Assembly (NCBI GenBank): GCA_964601895.1
Contig: CAZROT010000011.1
Location: 6,591-30,590, forward strand
Direction of reading: 5' to 3'
Source of the DNA: an uncultured Yersinia sp.
GTDB taxonomy: Bacteria > Pseudomonadota > Gammaproteobacteria > Enterobacterales > Enterobacteriaceae
Length of the DNA: 24,000 nt
Position 1 is the first letter of the stretch. Each line of letters starts with the position of its first letter. The notes under the pieces were generated by a model that was not told the origin of the DNA, made no database searches, and saw only the letters and a list, made by a program, of their open reading frames with translations. Positions 7,376-16,803 of the stretch are shown one piece after another. The position numbers were made by a program, and so were the translations under genes.

Positions 7376-7600
7376 CTGGCCACTACACATGTAAATACAC
7401 GCGTTAAAAAGCATCGCAGCGCGCTGCGTATGGCAGGGCTTCGCCTGATGCAAATCTGGGTTCCGGACACCCGCAGTCCTGGCTTTGCTGAGGAATGCCG
7501 CCGTCAGTGTCGCCTGGTTGCTCAGGCGGACAGGCACGACACGTCTATGCAGCAATTTATGGATGAATCTATAAAAGATGTGGATGGCTGGACGGAATAA
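7376..7600 (+). CDS. MazE-like antitoxin, DUF3018 family (non-ATG start; not in the ORF track)
   Basis: My manual translation gives (L/M)ATTHVNTRVKKHRSALRMAGLRLMQIWVPDTRSPGFAEECRRQCRLVAQADRHDTSMQQFMDESIKDVDGWTE*. The R.HR..LR..GLR..QIWVPD.R.PGFAEE.RRQ block is the DUF3018 signature. Its stop overlaps the toxin start in a TAATG overlap at 7598-7602. The only in-frame start after the TAA at 7349-7351 with a good SD is the CTG at 7376. The first ATG, at 7430, would remove conserved residues. Confidence 0.65.
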   Translation: MATTHVNTRVKKHRSALRMAGLRLMQIWVPDTRSPGFAEECRRQCRLVAQADRHDTSMQQFMDESIKDVDGWTE

Positions 7601-7923
7601 TGCGTGGTGACCTTGTGACTATCTCCATGCAGGGCGACTTCGGCAAACCCAGGCCGGCCTTAGTCATTCAGGTTGATCAGTTTAGCAAACACGCAAGTAT
7701 TACCGTGCTACCCGTAACCAGTACGCTTGTTGTCGCTCCGTTGCTTCGTGTCACCGTACAACCGAACGCAGAAAATGGTTTACAAAAACCGTCACAGGTG
7801 ATGGTGGACCAGGTCATGACTGTCAGGCATGATAAAGCAGGGCTGGCCTTCGGACGCATTGATGCAGATACGTTGCTACAGGTTGAGCGCTGCCTGGCCG
7901 TGTTTTTGGGGATTGCAAAATAA
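7600..7923 (+). CDS. type II toxin, PemK/MazF family endoribonuclease
   Basis: The 107-aa product has RGD.V......DFGKPRPA.VIQ....... followed by LP.TS, typical of MazF/PemK toxins partnered with DUF3018 antitoxins. Confidence 0.85.
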   Translation: MRGDLVTISMQGDFGKPRPALVIQVDQFSKHASITVLPVTSTLVVAPLLRVTVQPNAENGLQKPSQVMVDQVMTVRHDKAGLAFGRIDADTLLQVERCLAVFLGIAK

Positions 7924-7960
7924 AAAAGCGATCAAATAAGTAGTTTTTTTATAAAACAGA

Positions 7961-9088
7961 CTACAGAAACAACGTCAGTAATGAATTCAGAAACCACCTG
8001 CCCTGCTCAGTCACCTGCCAGTATTCCTCTGTTTCCTGCAGCCAGCCTTTCTTCTTTGCAGCATCCAGTTGCACACGAATGTGACATTCCGTAAGCCCGG
8101 TGAGTCGGGAAAAGTCACTCCTAAGTGTCTCTTCCAGTAAACGAAAACGATTCATAAAAAATTCAAACGGCCGATCCGCAATGTCAACCTGATAGTGTTT
8201 ATCCAGGTAACGGCCCTGCATAAATGTAACCGGGTGCCGGTTTTTTATTCTACGAACAATGCGCCCGTCACATAACGTGATTTTGCCATGGGCACCACAA
8301 CCAATACCCAGATAATCACCAAAACGCCAGTAATTAAGGTTATGCCGACACTGATAACCAGGTCTGGCATAGGCAGAAATTTCATACTGTTGGTAGCCTG
8401 CAGCCAGTAGCTTTTCATGGCCCTGTTGCCCGATTTCCCACAAAATGTCCTCATGCGGCAGCACTGGCGGCCTTGCATGAAAAGCGGTGTTAGGTTCAAT
8501 GGTGAGTTGATACCAGGAAATGTGCGCGGGGCTCAGTGCTACTATCTGGTGCAAATCATCAAGCGCCTCTTCGAGAGTCTGGTCTGGCAGGCCATGCATA
8601 AGGTCAAGATTGACATTAAATGCTAACGATTCTGCCAGTCTGGCAGCACATATTGCATGCTGTGGGGAGTGAATGCGCCCAAGCTGTTCAAGCTTTTGTG
8701 CATTCAGGCTTTGTACGCCAATAGACAGGCGATTAACACCCGCACGCTGATAACCGGCAAAGCGCTCTGCGTCAACAGTGCCGGGATTGGCTTCCAGTGT
8801 GATTTCAACGTCATCAGTCAGGGATACGCGCATACGCACGGCATCCAGCAGTCGTTGCACAGCCTCAGCACTGAGCAGGCTGGGTGTCCCACCGCCAATA
8901 AAAATGCTGCTGATAGCGCGCCCCAAAACCAGTGGCAGATCAGCATCCAGATCAGCCATCAGATGGGTGACATAGTCGTTTTCCGCAAGCTCCCCCTTTA
9001 ACGCATGTGAATTAAAATCACAATAGGGGCATTTTTTTACACACCATGGCACATGAATATAAAGGCTTAACGGAGGTAGTCTATGCAT
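7961..9088 (-). CDS. hemW: radical SAM heme chaperone HemW (YggW)
   Basis: The 375-aa product has the CxxxCxxC radical SAM motif ([16 protein letters not shown]) and a GGGTPS block. It sits in the conserved position after rdgB. Confidence 0.9.
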   Translation of the reverse strand: MHRLPPLSLYIHVPWCVKKCPYCDFNSHALKGELAENDYVTHLMADLDADLPLVLGRAISSIFIGGGTPSLLSAEAVQRLLDAVRMRVSLTDDVEITLEANPGTVDAERFAGYQRAGVNRLSIGVQSLNAQKLEQLGRIHSPQHAICAARLAESLAFNVNLDLMHGLPDQTLEEALDDLHQIVALSPAHISWYQLTIEPNTAFHARPPVLPHEDILWEIGQQGHEKLLAAGYQQYEISAYARPGYQCRHNLNYWRFGDYLGIGCGAHGKITLCDGRIVRRIKNRHPVTFMQGRYLDKHYQVDIADRPFEFFMNRFRLLEETLRSDFSRLTGLTECHIRVQLDAAKKKGWLQETEEYWQVTEQGRWFLNSLLTLFL

Positions 9089-9680
9089 GGTCGCTGCTAA
9101 ACGCCTGTATCAGCTGTCTGAGTGCCTGGCCACGATGAGAAAGGGTATTTTTCTGAAAAACGTCTAATTGTGCTGCGCTACAATGCAATGCCGGGATAAA
9201 GAATAGCGGATCGTAACCAAATCCTCCCTGGCCTGATGCCTGCCTGGCAATACTACCGTGCCAGCAGCCATGAAATACCTGAGGCACAGGAGAATCCGCG
9301 TGGCTAAGGTACACCAGCACACAATGAAACTGCGCCTGTCGCTGTCCCTCAGGAACGTGCTGCAACGCCAGCAGTAACTGCCGGCAATTTTCCTCATCGC
9401 TGGCATTTTCTCCCGCATAACGCGCAGAATAAATTCCAGGAGCCCCTTTCAGGGCGTCTACTGTCAGGCCAGAATCATCCGCAATCGCCGCCATACCGGT
9501 CATTTTTGCAGCATGACGCGCCTTGATAAGCGCATTTTCGATAAACGTCAATCCCGTTTCACTAACCGGTGACACACCTAATGCTGTCTGAGGTATAGCC
9601 TGCAAGCCACAATCAGCCAGGCTCGCAGCGAACTCACGCAGTTTTCCTGCACTGGCGGTCGCCAAAACAATATCTTTCAT
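9081..9680 (-). CDS. rdgB: dITP/XTP pyrophosphatase RdgB (YggV)
   Basis: The 199-aa product has ATAS.GK..EF, ADDSGL.VDAL.G.PGIYSAR and GFGYDP.F blocks. It overlaps hemW by 8 nt. Confidence 0.9.
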   Translation of the reverse strand: MKDIVLATASAGKLREFAASLADCGLQAIPQTALGVSPVSETGLTFIENALIKARHAAKMTGMAAIADDSGLTVDALKGAPGIYSARYAGENASDEENCRQLLLALQHVPEGQRQAQFHCVLVYLSHADSPVPQVFHGCWHGSIARQASGQGGFGYDPLFFIPALHCSAAQLDVFQKNTLSHRGQALRQLIQAFSSDHA

Positions 9681-9720
9681 GTTCCGCTACCTGTCGATGA
9701 AAAATCAATAAAGGGGGTTG

Positions 9721-9848
9721 TATGCCCAAAGTATTCCAGGTTGCAGCAAGGCGGCAAAAACAGGCATCCCCATGAGCATAGACAAGCTATGTGATTGAGG
9801 TGACTATTCGCAGCCAACGCGGCTGCAACTTGCAAGACGAAGGGTATA
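9721..9848 (+). repeat. ERIC / IRU (enterobacterial repetitive intergenic consensus) element
   Basis: The element runs TATGCCCAAAGTATTCCAGGTTGCAGCAAGGCGGCAA...ATCCCCATGAGC...GTGATTGAGGTGA...CGCAGCCAACGCGGCTGCAACTTGCAAGACGAAGGGTATA. It matches the ERIC consensus as recalled and closely resembles the copy at 18543-18671. Confidence 0.75.
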
Positions 9849-9849
9849 T

Positions 9850-10407
9850 TCAAAGCAGCAGCCAGATGCCACCAAATAGATCCATGCCCAGATAATTTAA
9901 CAGATACAGGATGAGTATCACGACCGTCGTGGTAAAATCGATTCCTGCCACCACGGGAATAATACGACGTAACGGTGACATTAACGGCTCTGTCAATTGA
10001 TACAAGACCGCATCCATCGGGCCGTTACCATGACTTATCCAGCTCATCAATACACGCACTATCATGGTCCAGAAAACCAGATAACCCATAGATTTTAGCA
10101 GTGCTAACATTCCCAATAACAACGTATAAGAATGTAACGTCAGACTTCCACCCTGAATCATCAGTAACAATGAGCACTTGACAGTCATTAACAGGAATGC
10201 CAGCAAAAAAGAGGCACTGTCAAAAGATCCCCATGAAGGAATAATACGCCGCAGTGGACCCACAACTGGCTGCGTCATCTTGACAACAAATTGAGAAAAT
10301 GGATTGTAGAAATCACTGCGCACCCACTGCATCCAGATACGCAACAATAACAGCATAACGTAAATATCAATGACAGTTTTGACCAGAAAAGTCAGCGTAA
10401 AAAACAT
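9850..10407 (-). CDS. yggT: YggT family inner-membrane protein
   Basis: The 185-aa product has two YGGT repeats (P..R.IP..GG.D.S). It lies in conserved synteny next to proC and yggS. Confidence 0.85.
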   Translation of the reverse strand: MFFTLTFLVKTVIDIYVMLLLLRIWMQWVRSDFYNPFSQFVVKMTQPVVGPLRRIIPSWGSFDSASFLLAFLLMTVKCSLLLMIQGGSLTLHSYTLLLGMLALLKSMGYLVFWTMIVRVLMSWISHGNGPMDAVLYQLTEPLMSPLRRIIPVVAGIDFTTTVVILILYLLNYLGMDLFGGIWLLL

Positions 10408-10494
10408 GGTATTTCCCTTAATTTCATGATAGTCATGATTTTTTTAAAATAATCTGACCATAAGCCTGGCCAATACTGAGGTATTCCTCCCTCG

Positions 10495-11322
10495 CTAAAA
10501 CAGTTTTTCCATTTCCTGTGCCCGTGTCATCACCGCCCGCATGGCTTTTGAAACCGTGTCAGCCAGTTTCTGTTCATGAAACACACGCAACGCTTCTGCC
10601 GTTGTTCCTCCGGCAGACGTGACCTGCGCGCATAGCGTTGATAAAGGCATATCCGGATTGGCGGCAACGACTGCAGCAACACCCGATACTGTCTGTTGCA
10701 CAACCAGACGTGCAGTCTTCGCAGTAAAACCAAGATGCTGTGCTTCCTGCTGTATGGCGTCCATAAACAGGAAAAAATAGGCAGGCGCACTGCCCGCCGC
10801 CGCTGTCATAATATTGATATCTTCCTCAGAATCCAGCCAGCAAATTCTGCCTGTAGTACTCATTAATGCACTGGTAAAATCTCTGTCCGGCAGACTGACT
10901 CCCGGTGACGCAAATAAGCCACTCATCCCTTCACCTGCCATTGCCGGACTGTTTGGCATAATGCGAATCAGGCTGAGTCGGGCACCCAGTAATCTGTCAA
11001 AACGCGCAAGAGATATGCCTGCCGCTATCGACAGAATCAGTTTGTTTGACAAATTAACGTTTGTGCGTAACAGCTGGCAGACATCCGCCATAATCTGGGG
11101 TTTGACAGCCAGCACGATAACATCCGCATGCTGGGAAAAACCCACATTATCGTGACTACTGGTAATACCAAATTGCTCAGCCAGTGCGTCTCTGTTCAAC
11201 GCTGAAGGAGCACACACGCTAATTAATGATGCAGGATAACCTGCATTAACCAGCCCGGTTATCATGGCGCGTGCCATATTACCCGCACCAAGGAAAGTGA
11301 TTTTCCGGTATTGCAAGACCAT
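10495..11322 (-). CDS. proC: pyrroline-5-carboxylate reductase
   Basis: The 275-aa product has N-terminal GAGNMA and the C-terminal S.GGTT..AL signature. Its start overlaps the yggS stop by 1 nt. Confidence 0.9.
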   Translation of the reverse strand: MVLQYRKITFLGAGNMARAMITGLVNAGYPASLISVCAPSALNRDALAEQFGITSSHDNVGFSQHADVIVLAVKPQIMADVCQLLRTNVNLSNKLILSIAAGISLARFDRLLGARLSLIRIMPNSPAMAGEGMSGLFASPGVSLPDRDFTSALMSTTGRICWLDSEEDINIMTAAAGSAPAYFFLFMDAIQQEAQHLGFTAKTARLVVQQTVSGVAAVVAANPDMPLSTLCAQVTSAGGTTAEALRVFHEQKLADTVSKAMRAVMTRAQEMEKLF

Positions 11323-12041
11323 TACCTCCGGTTAAATGAACAGGCTGGGAGAGCTGCATCGCGTTCGCCAAAAATTGCCCTGCCAATGCGCACTAACGTA
11401 CTACCTGCACGGATGGCCGCTACCATGTCATCCGTCATTCCCATGGACAGGGTATCAATCCATGGATAGTGCACCTTTAATGTTAAAAAAGCCTGGTGGA
11501 TGCGTTCAAAGGCTGCCAGCTGACGTGAATAGTCCTTTTCGATTGCAGGAATCATCATTAAGCCACGTAACTGCAATTGGGGCAGAAGATAAATACTGGC
11601 AGCAAAGTCGGGTAATTCATCCAGACTGATGCCTGATTTCCGTACTGCATTATTGCTATTGATTTGAATAAGAATATTCAAAGCAGTTTTAGTCAGCGGA
11701 CGCTGAACGCTTAATCTTTGGGCAATTTTAAGACGGTCAACAGTATGACACCAGTCAAAATTTTCAGCGACCAGTTTACTTTTATTGGACTGCAGCTGGC
11801 CAATAAAATGCCATTCCAGTTCAGCATGTTGCACAAAATAGCGCTTTTTCTCCATGGCTTCCTGAAGATAACTTTCACCAAACGCACGCTGTCCGGCAGC
11901 AATAGCTGCTTCGATAGCTGCCACGGATTTGTTTTTACTCACTGCAAGTAATGTCACTTCTTGTGGAGAACGTGCACAACCTTGCGCAATAGTGGCAATA
12001 CGCTCCCTGACAGAAAGGAGGTTTTGCTGAACAGTACTCAT
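11322..12041 (-). CDS. yggS: PLP-binding homeostasis protein YggS (COG0325)
   Basis: The 239-aa product has LLAVSK (PLP lysine), WHFIG.LQSNK and SMGM..D blocks. Confidence 0.9.
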   Translation of the reverse strand: MSTVQQNLLSVRERIATIAQGCARSPQEVTLLAVSKNKSVAAIEAAIAAGQRAFGESYLQEAMEKKRYFVQHAELEWHFIGQLQSNKSKLVAENFDWCHTVDRLKIAQRLSVQRPLTKTALNILIQINSNNAVRKSGISLDELPDFAASIYLLPQLQLRGLMMIPAIEKDYSRQLAAFERIHQAFLTLKVHYPWIDTLSMGMTDDMVAAIRAGSTLVRIGRAIFGERDAALPACSFNRR

Positions 12042-12061
12042 ATAACCTCGGGGAGGATGAA

Positions 12062-13112
12062 ATGAATATCAATGAATTTGTTGAACGTAGTGTAAAGCAA
12101 AATGCATCCGATCTGCACTTTTGTGTGGGCCATCTTCCTGTCATGCGTATTACAGGCGACCTGCATTTTTGCATGACCTGTTCTCCTGTCAGTCAGCAAT
12201 GGATGGAAACGCTGTGTCAGCAGCTGTTGAATGATACTCAGCGTTGCTCCTTACAGCAACATCATCATATTGATTTTGCCTGTCAGCTACCGGGTAACAC
12301 ACGGCTTCGTGGCCATTTTTTCTATCAACAACGAGGGCTTTCATTGACTTTTCGCCTGCTGCCAGCAAACTGCCCGACACTGGAATCTCTCCATATTCCG
12401 GCAATCATCAGCAACGCTGATGATGCAGAAAAACGGCCTGATTCTGGTCAGTGGCCCCACCGGCAGTGGTAAATCAACAACACTGGCGGCAATAATTCAT
12501 GCCATAAATCAACAATGCCAGAAACATATCATAACCCTGGAAGACCCCATAGAATTTATCCATACAAGCCAGCATTGTCTGATACAACAGAGGGAATTAG
12601 GGTGTCACACGCATTCCCTGGCGGAGGGATTACATGCTCTGTTACGTGAAGATCCGGATATCATTTTAGTAGGAGAATTACGCGACGCAGACAGCATTCG
12701 TCTGGCGCTGACAGTTGCAGAAACCGGCCATTTAGTACTGGCAACGTTACATACCGCTAGCGCCACACAGGCACCAGAGAGGCTGGTGAGTGTTTTTCCC
12801 GCACAGGAAAAAATTCATATTCAGGCCCAGATAGCAGGTAATCTGCTGGCGGTTATCGCACAAAAACTGCTGCCAAAACAGGGAGGGGGGCAGGTAGCCA
12901 TTTTTGAAATTCTCACCAATACCCCTGCAGTCTGCAATCTTATCAGGGAAGGTAAGACTCACCAGTTACAAAACATCCTGCAAACCAGTGCTCAATGTGG
13001 TATGCAGACATTTGCCCAGGGGCTTGAACAACGTCAGAAACAGGGACTGTTGTCGGAGTCTGTCATGAATTCACTGCAGATGAATACTGTGCAAACCAGC
13101 TTTCGAGAATAA
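12062..13112 (+). pseudogene. pilT: PilT/YggR-type twitching-motility ATPase, interrupted by a +1 frameshift
   Basis: Two overlapping ORFs (12062-12472 and 12420-13112) together cover the whole of E. coli YggR. Walker A (GPTGSGKST), the Asp box (EDPIEF), Walker B (ILVGELRD) and the His box (TGHLVLATLHT) are all intact. The frames join if the A5 run at 12429-12433 is read as A4. The 3' end overlaps the convergent ruvX by 50 bp. Confidence 0.8.
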
Positions 13113-13500
13113 TCACTGCTGATGCTGCATCAACACGCCCTTTATCCAGTGCACGATAACCCCCTTTGTCAAAAAGCCCGGCACGCGCCTCAACTGTAGT
13201 CAGCCGTTCGTCGTGCAGGAGAGGCTTTACACCAAATCTGCCCTCAAAATCATCGGCAAAATCACGCACACAGGTAGTTAAAGGCTGTTCACTGCCATCC
13301 ATGTTGAGGGGTAATCCTACTACCACCAAATCAGGTTGCCACTCTTTAAGTAATTTCTCTATTTTTTGCCAGTCAGGTGTACCTGAGTGAACTTTAATTG
13401 CACCCAGAGCACGTGCAGTACCTGTTACCTCCTGGCCAATAGCAACACCCATACTTTTGGTACCAAAATCAAAGGCAAGCAGAGTTCGATGGTGGATCAT
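13063..13500 (-). CDS. ruvX: Holliday-junction-resolvase-like pre-16S rRNA nuclease YqgF/RuvX
   Basis: The 145-aa product has [19 protein letters not shown] and [11 protein letters not shown] blocks, as in E. coli YqgF. Confidence 0.9.
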   Translation of the reverse strand: MIHHRTLLAFDFGTKSMGVAIGQEVTGTARALGAIKVHSGTPDWQKIEKLLKEWQPDLVVVGLPLNMDGSEQPLTTCVRDFADDFEGRFGVKPLLHDERLTTVEARAGLFDKGGYRALDKGRVDAASAVIILESWFAQYSSAVNS

Positions 13501-14063
13501 CAGGCATGCCCTGCATGGAGAGCTACCCTCAGCATATCAATACCGAGTTTACTGGCTGCTTTACGCCAACGCCTGGCGGCAGGAGTATGGAACAAAATCT
13601 GCGTATCAGCTTCAATTGTCAACCAGACATTATTGCGCACTTCCTTTTCCAGCTGCCCCTGCTGCCATCCTGCATAGCCCAATGCCAGCAGTACGTCAGG
13701 TGGCTGTTGTGCTGTACCGAGGGTGGCCAGCACATCTTTGGATGTTGTTATCATGGTATCAGGAGATATCTGTATACTGGAGCCGAAACCTTCCTGGGGT
13801 GTATGCAGAATAAAACCGCGATCATCTGCCAGAGGACCACCGGCAAAAACTGGCTTTGCCAGAGAAATGTCCGGATCTCTGGGCGTAGGGGTTATCCTTA
13901 ACTTATGCAAAATACTTTCTATAGTAATTTTTTCCATAGGTTTATTAACCACAAGCCCCATGGCACCTTCTGCATTATGCTCGCAGATATAAATTACGGC
14001 ACGCCTGAACTGAGGCTCCAGTAAAGACGGCATGGCAATAAGAAAATGATGTTGTAAATTCAT
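13500..14063 (-). CDS. yqgE: YqgE/AlgH family protein (UPF0301)
   Basis: The 187-aa product begins [12 protein letters not shown] and has ICEHN..GAMG..VN.P and GW..GQLE.E blocks. Its stop overlaps the ruvX start by 1 nt. Confidence 0.9.
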   Translation of the reverse strand: MNLQHHFLIAMPSLLEPQFRRAVIYICEHNAEGAMGLVVNKPMEKITIESILHKLRITPTPRDPDISLAKPVFAGGPLADDRGFILHTPQEGFGSSIQISPDTMITTSKDVLATLGTAQQPPDVLLALGYAGWQQGQLEKEVRNNVWLTIEADTQILFHTPAARRWRKAASKLGIDMLRVALHAGHA

Positions 14064-14244
14064 CGTATGTTAATACAATCACTTGGTTAAAAAAAAGTTC
14101 CACCGTTAAGTATGCAAAATCAGTATCTGAAAAACGACAACTGACAGCTCACACTATCAGACACTGAAAAAAATCTTTCAGGCAATAAAAAGCAGGGTAC
14201 TTTGCTAAATAATGACTATTTCTTATAGCGCGATACACCAGAAT

Positions 14245-15054
14245 TTAGGCAATATTCAGGTTATTGGCGTCCAGCACACGCTTAAAATTCTCCATTAAAT
14301 CCCAGAATACCTCCTGAGCATCATGGTGCCGCGTCCACACTGACACAATAAAACTGAGTGAAGCAGCCGTCATTGCATTCAGACGAATAGTCACTCCTCT
14401 GTCATGCACCACGCGCTTATCAGCAGCAATCACACCACCCAATACTTTTTTGACGACATCGATATCAGCATGATAAGCAACGTCAATTATCATATCAGTA
14501 CGACACTCAGGCTCACGAGTAAAATTAATAATGTTGTTAGCAACAATTTTGCTATTAGGTATTACAATAAGTTTACCATCAGGGGTACAGAGCGTAGTGG
14601 AAAAAATCTGCACCTGCGTGACTGTTCCCATGGCACCACCTGCGTCCACATATTCTCCGCAACGAAACGGCCGCAGAAGCACCAACATAATTCCCGCTGC
14701 AACGTTAGACAAGGACCCCTGCAATGCCAGGCCTACTGCCAGACCCGCCGCACCGATTACGGCAATTATCGATGCTGTCTGGACACCAAAACACCCCAAT
14801 ACCGCCACCAGCGTAAATGCCAGAACACTGTAACGCAGCATGGCTGATAAAAAGTCGGCGACTGTAGGCTCAACATCATGTAATTTCATTACCCTGCCCA
14901 CAGAGCCTGCAATGACCTTTGCCAGAAAAAATCCCGCAACGGCAATCAGCACAGCGCTGGCAGCATTGATGACACTCTGCACAATAAAATCCTGATGTGC
15001 GTCCAGCCAGTGGCTTGAATCGTTTACTATGTCAATTACGTCAATATCTTCCAT
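14245..15054 (-). CDS. mscS: small-conductance mechanosensitive channel MscS
   Basis: Starting from MEDIDVIDIV (E. coli has MEDLNVVDSI), the product matches E. coli MscS throughout (TVADFLSA..RY, GVQTASVIAV.GAAGLAVGLALQGSLSN.AAG, RPFR.GEYVD, QIFSTT). The ATG at 15054 has an AGGTGA SD. The ORF-track start at 15138 would overlap gshB. The product is about 18 aa shorter than E. coli MscS at the C-terminus. Confidence 0.85.
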   Translation of the reverse strand: MEDIDVIDIVNDSSHWLDAHQDFIVQSVINAASAVLIAVAGFFLAKVIAGSVGRVMKLHDVEPTVADFLSAMLRYSVLAFTLVAVLGCFGVQTASIIAVIGAAGLAVGLALQGSLSNVAAGIMLVLLRPFRCGEYVDAGGAMGTVTQVQIFSTTLCTPDGKLIVIPNSKIVANNIINFTREPECRTDMIIDVAYHADIDVVKKVLGGVIAADKRVVHDRGVTIRLNAMTAASLSFIVSVWTRHHDAQEVFWDLMENFKRVLDANNLNIA

Positions 15055-15097
15055 TGCATTCACCTGAACTGTGTAAAAGAATTCATTATCAAACAAT

Positions 15098-16060
15098 TTA
15101 TACTGATAATGGGCTCTGCAACCGTTTTGTAATGGCATCCATCAACGGACTCGTAATGGACGATTGTCCCAAAACTGCTTCAATTTCACGTATACAGGTG
15201 GGGCTGGTGACATTAATTTCCGTGAGATTATCACCAATAATGTCAAGGCCAACAAACATCAGCCCTTTTTGTTTTAATACCGGCGCCACAGTACGGGCAA
15301 TATGCCAGTCACGCTCACTGAGAGAACGAACCTCACCACGCCCACCCGCGGCAAGATTACCGCGCGTTTCACCAGGTGAAGGAATCCGTGCCAGACACAA
15401 GGGAACAGGCTCACCATCGACCACCAGCACACGTTTATCGCCCTGTTGAATCTCAGGTAAAAATTTTTGCGCCATACAAAAAAAATGGCCATGTTGCGTC
15501 AACGTTTCAACGACAACAGAAAAATTAGGATCATCCTGTTTAATGCGAAACACTGATGCTCCCCCCATGCCATCTAACGGTTTTAAAATGATATCACCAT
15601 GCTGTTGATAAAATTCGCGGATAAGGGTGATATCACGGCTCACCAGGGTATCCGGTGTCAGCTCGGGAAACCAGGCAGTAAAAAGCTTTTCATTACAGTC
15701 ACGCAGACTTTGTGGTTTATTAATAACCAGGGCTCCTTTCATCTCTGCACGTTCCAGAATGGACGTTGCATAGATAAATTCTGTATTAAACGGAGGATCC
15801 TTGCGCATCAGAATGATATCCAGCTCGTGTAGTGCAATTTTTTGCATCTCACCAAACTGATACCAGTTATCCGCATCATCCTGTACACTCAGCAAGCGGG
15901 CGTGCCCACGGGCCTCGCCATTACGCAGACTGAGAGAATTCATCTCCATATAATACAACGCCCAGCCACGCTTTTGTGCTTCCAATAACATGGCAAAACT
16001 ACTGTCTTTCTTTATATTGATAGACCCAATTGGATCCATCACAATGCCCAGTTTTATCAT
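15098..16060 (-). CDS. gshB: glutathione synthetase
   Basis: The 320-aa product resembles E. coli GshB along its whole length (MIKLGIVMDP, MRKDPPFDTEFIYAT.ILE, NKPQSLRDCNEKLFTAWF, LDGMGGAS.FR, GETRGNLAAGGRGE, LTEINVTSPTCIREIE). Confidence 0.95.
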   Translation of the reverse strand: MIKLGIVMDPIGSINIKKDSSFAMLLEAQKRGWALYYMEMNSLSLRNGEARGHARLLSVQDDADNWYQFGEMQKIALHELDIILMRKDPPFNTEFIYATSILERAEMKGALVINKPQSLRDCNEKLFTAWFPELTPDTLVSRDITLIREFYQQHGDIILKPLDGMGGASVFRIKQDDPNFSVVVETLTQHGHFFCMAQKFLPEIQQGDKRVLVVDGEPVPLCLARIPSPGETRGNLAAGGRGEVRSLSERDWHIARTVAPVLKQKGLMFVGLDIIGDNLTEINVTSPTCIREIEAVLGQSSITSPLMDAITKRLQSPLSV

Positions 16061-16068
16061 ATTTCCCC

Positions 16069-16803
16069 TTAACCCAAATCACCGAACCTGACCTGCAACG
16101 CAGTGATTGCAGCCAGTGCTGCTGTTTCTGTACGCAATATACGCGGTCCCAACAACACCTCTACAAATCCATGACAGCGGGTCATGGCAATTTCATCAAC
16201 AGATAACCCCCCTTCAGGGCCAATTAACAGGCGTATCTTATTATTGGATAAGGGCGGCAATTTGTTGATATGCTGGCCGGCCCCGGGATGCAGATTCACT
16301 TTAAGTGAATTATCCTGCCAGCAGCACCAGCTGGCCAGAGGTATGGCGGGGCGTATTACGGGGACTCGGTTACGACCACATTGCTCACAGGCAGCAATAG
16401 CAATGCTCTGCCACTGCTGTATTTTTTTCACCAAACGTGCATCATCAAACTTAACACCACAGTATTCAGAAAACAAAGGCGTAATAGTAGCAACACCGAG
16501 CTCTACCGACTTCTGAATAGTAAATTCCATTCTTTCACCACGCGAAATAACCTGCCCAAGATGCAGATCTAGTGGTGATTCCCTGTCCTGCACCACCGCA
16601 TCAGCAAGCCCTGCGATGGCTGTCTTCTTATCCAGCAAAATGATACTGGCATTAAATATCTGATTACTGCCATCAAACAACACCAGCTGCTGACCTTCTT
16701 TCATACGCAGCACCCGACTCAGATGATGAAAAGCTTCTGCCGAAAGAACAACGTCAGTATGAGCCTGCAACGGTTCAGGATGATAAATACGGGGTATACG
16801 CAT
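16069..16803 (-). CDS. rsmE: 16S rRNA (uracil1498-N3)-methyltransferase RsmE
   Basis: The 244-aa product begins MRIPRIY, has QKS.E and the C-terminal GPEGG....E......G.....[16 protein letters not shown] knot. It lies in conserved synteny upstream of gshB. Confidence 0.9.
   Translation of the reverse strand: MRIPRIYHPEPLQAHTDVVLSAEAFHHLSRVLRMKEGQQLVLFDGSNQIFNASIILLDKKTAIAGLADAVVQDRESPLDLHLGQVISRGERMEFTIQKSVELGVATITPLFSEYCGVKFDDARLVKKIQQWQSIAIAACEQCGRNRVPVIRPAIPLASWCCWQDNSLKVNLHPGAGQHINKLPPLSNNKIRLLIGPEGGLSVDEIAMTRCHGFVEVLLGPRILRTETAALAAITALQVRFGDLG

Noticed and set aside
7298-7555. An 85-aa minus-strand ORF between the CDF gene and mazF.
   Set aside because: It lies antisense to a well-supported DUF3018 antitoxin reading frame. 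It has no SD or recognisable family and is a shadow ORF.
15055-15138. The upstream extension of the mscS ORF (start at 15138), which overlaps gshB.
   Set aside because: Homology to E. coli MscS starts at MEDIDV (ATG 15054, AGGTGA SD). The extension would overlap the gshB 3' end and has no counterpart.
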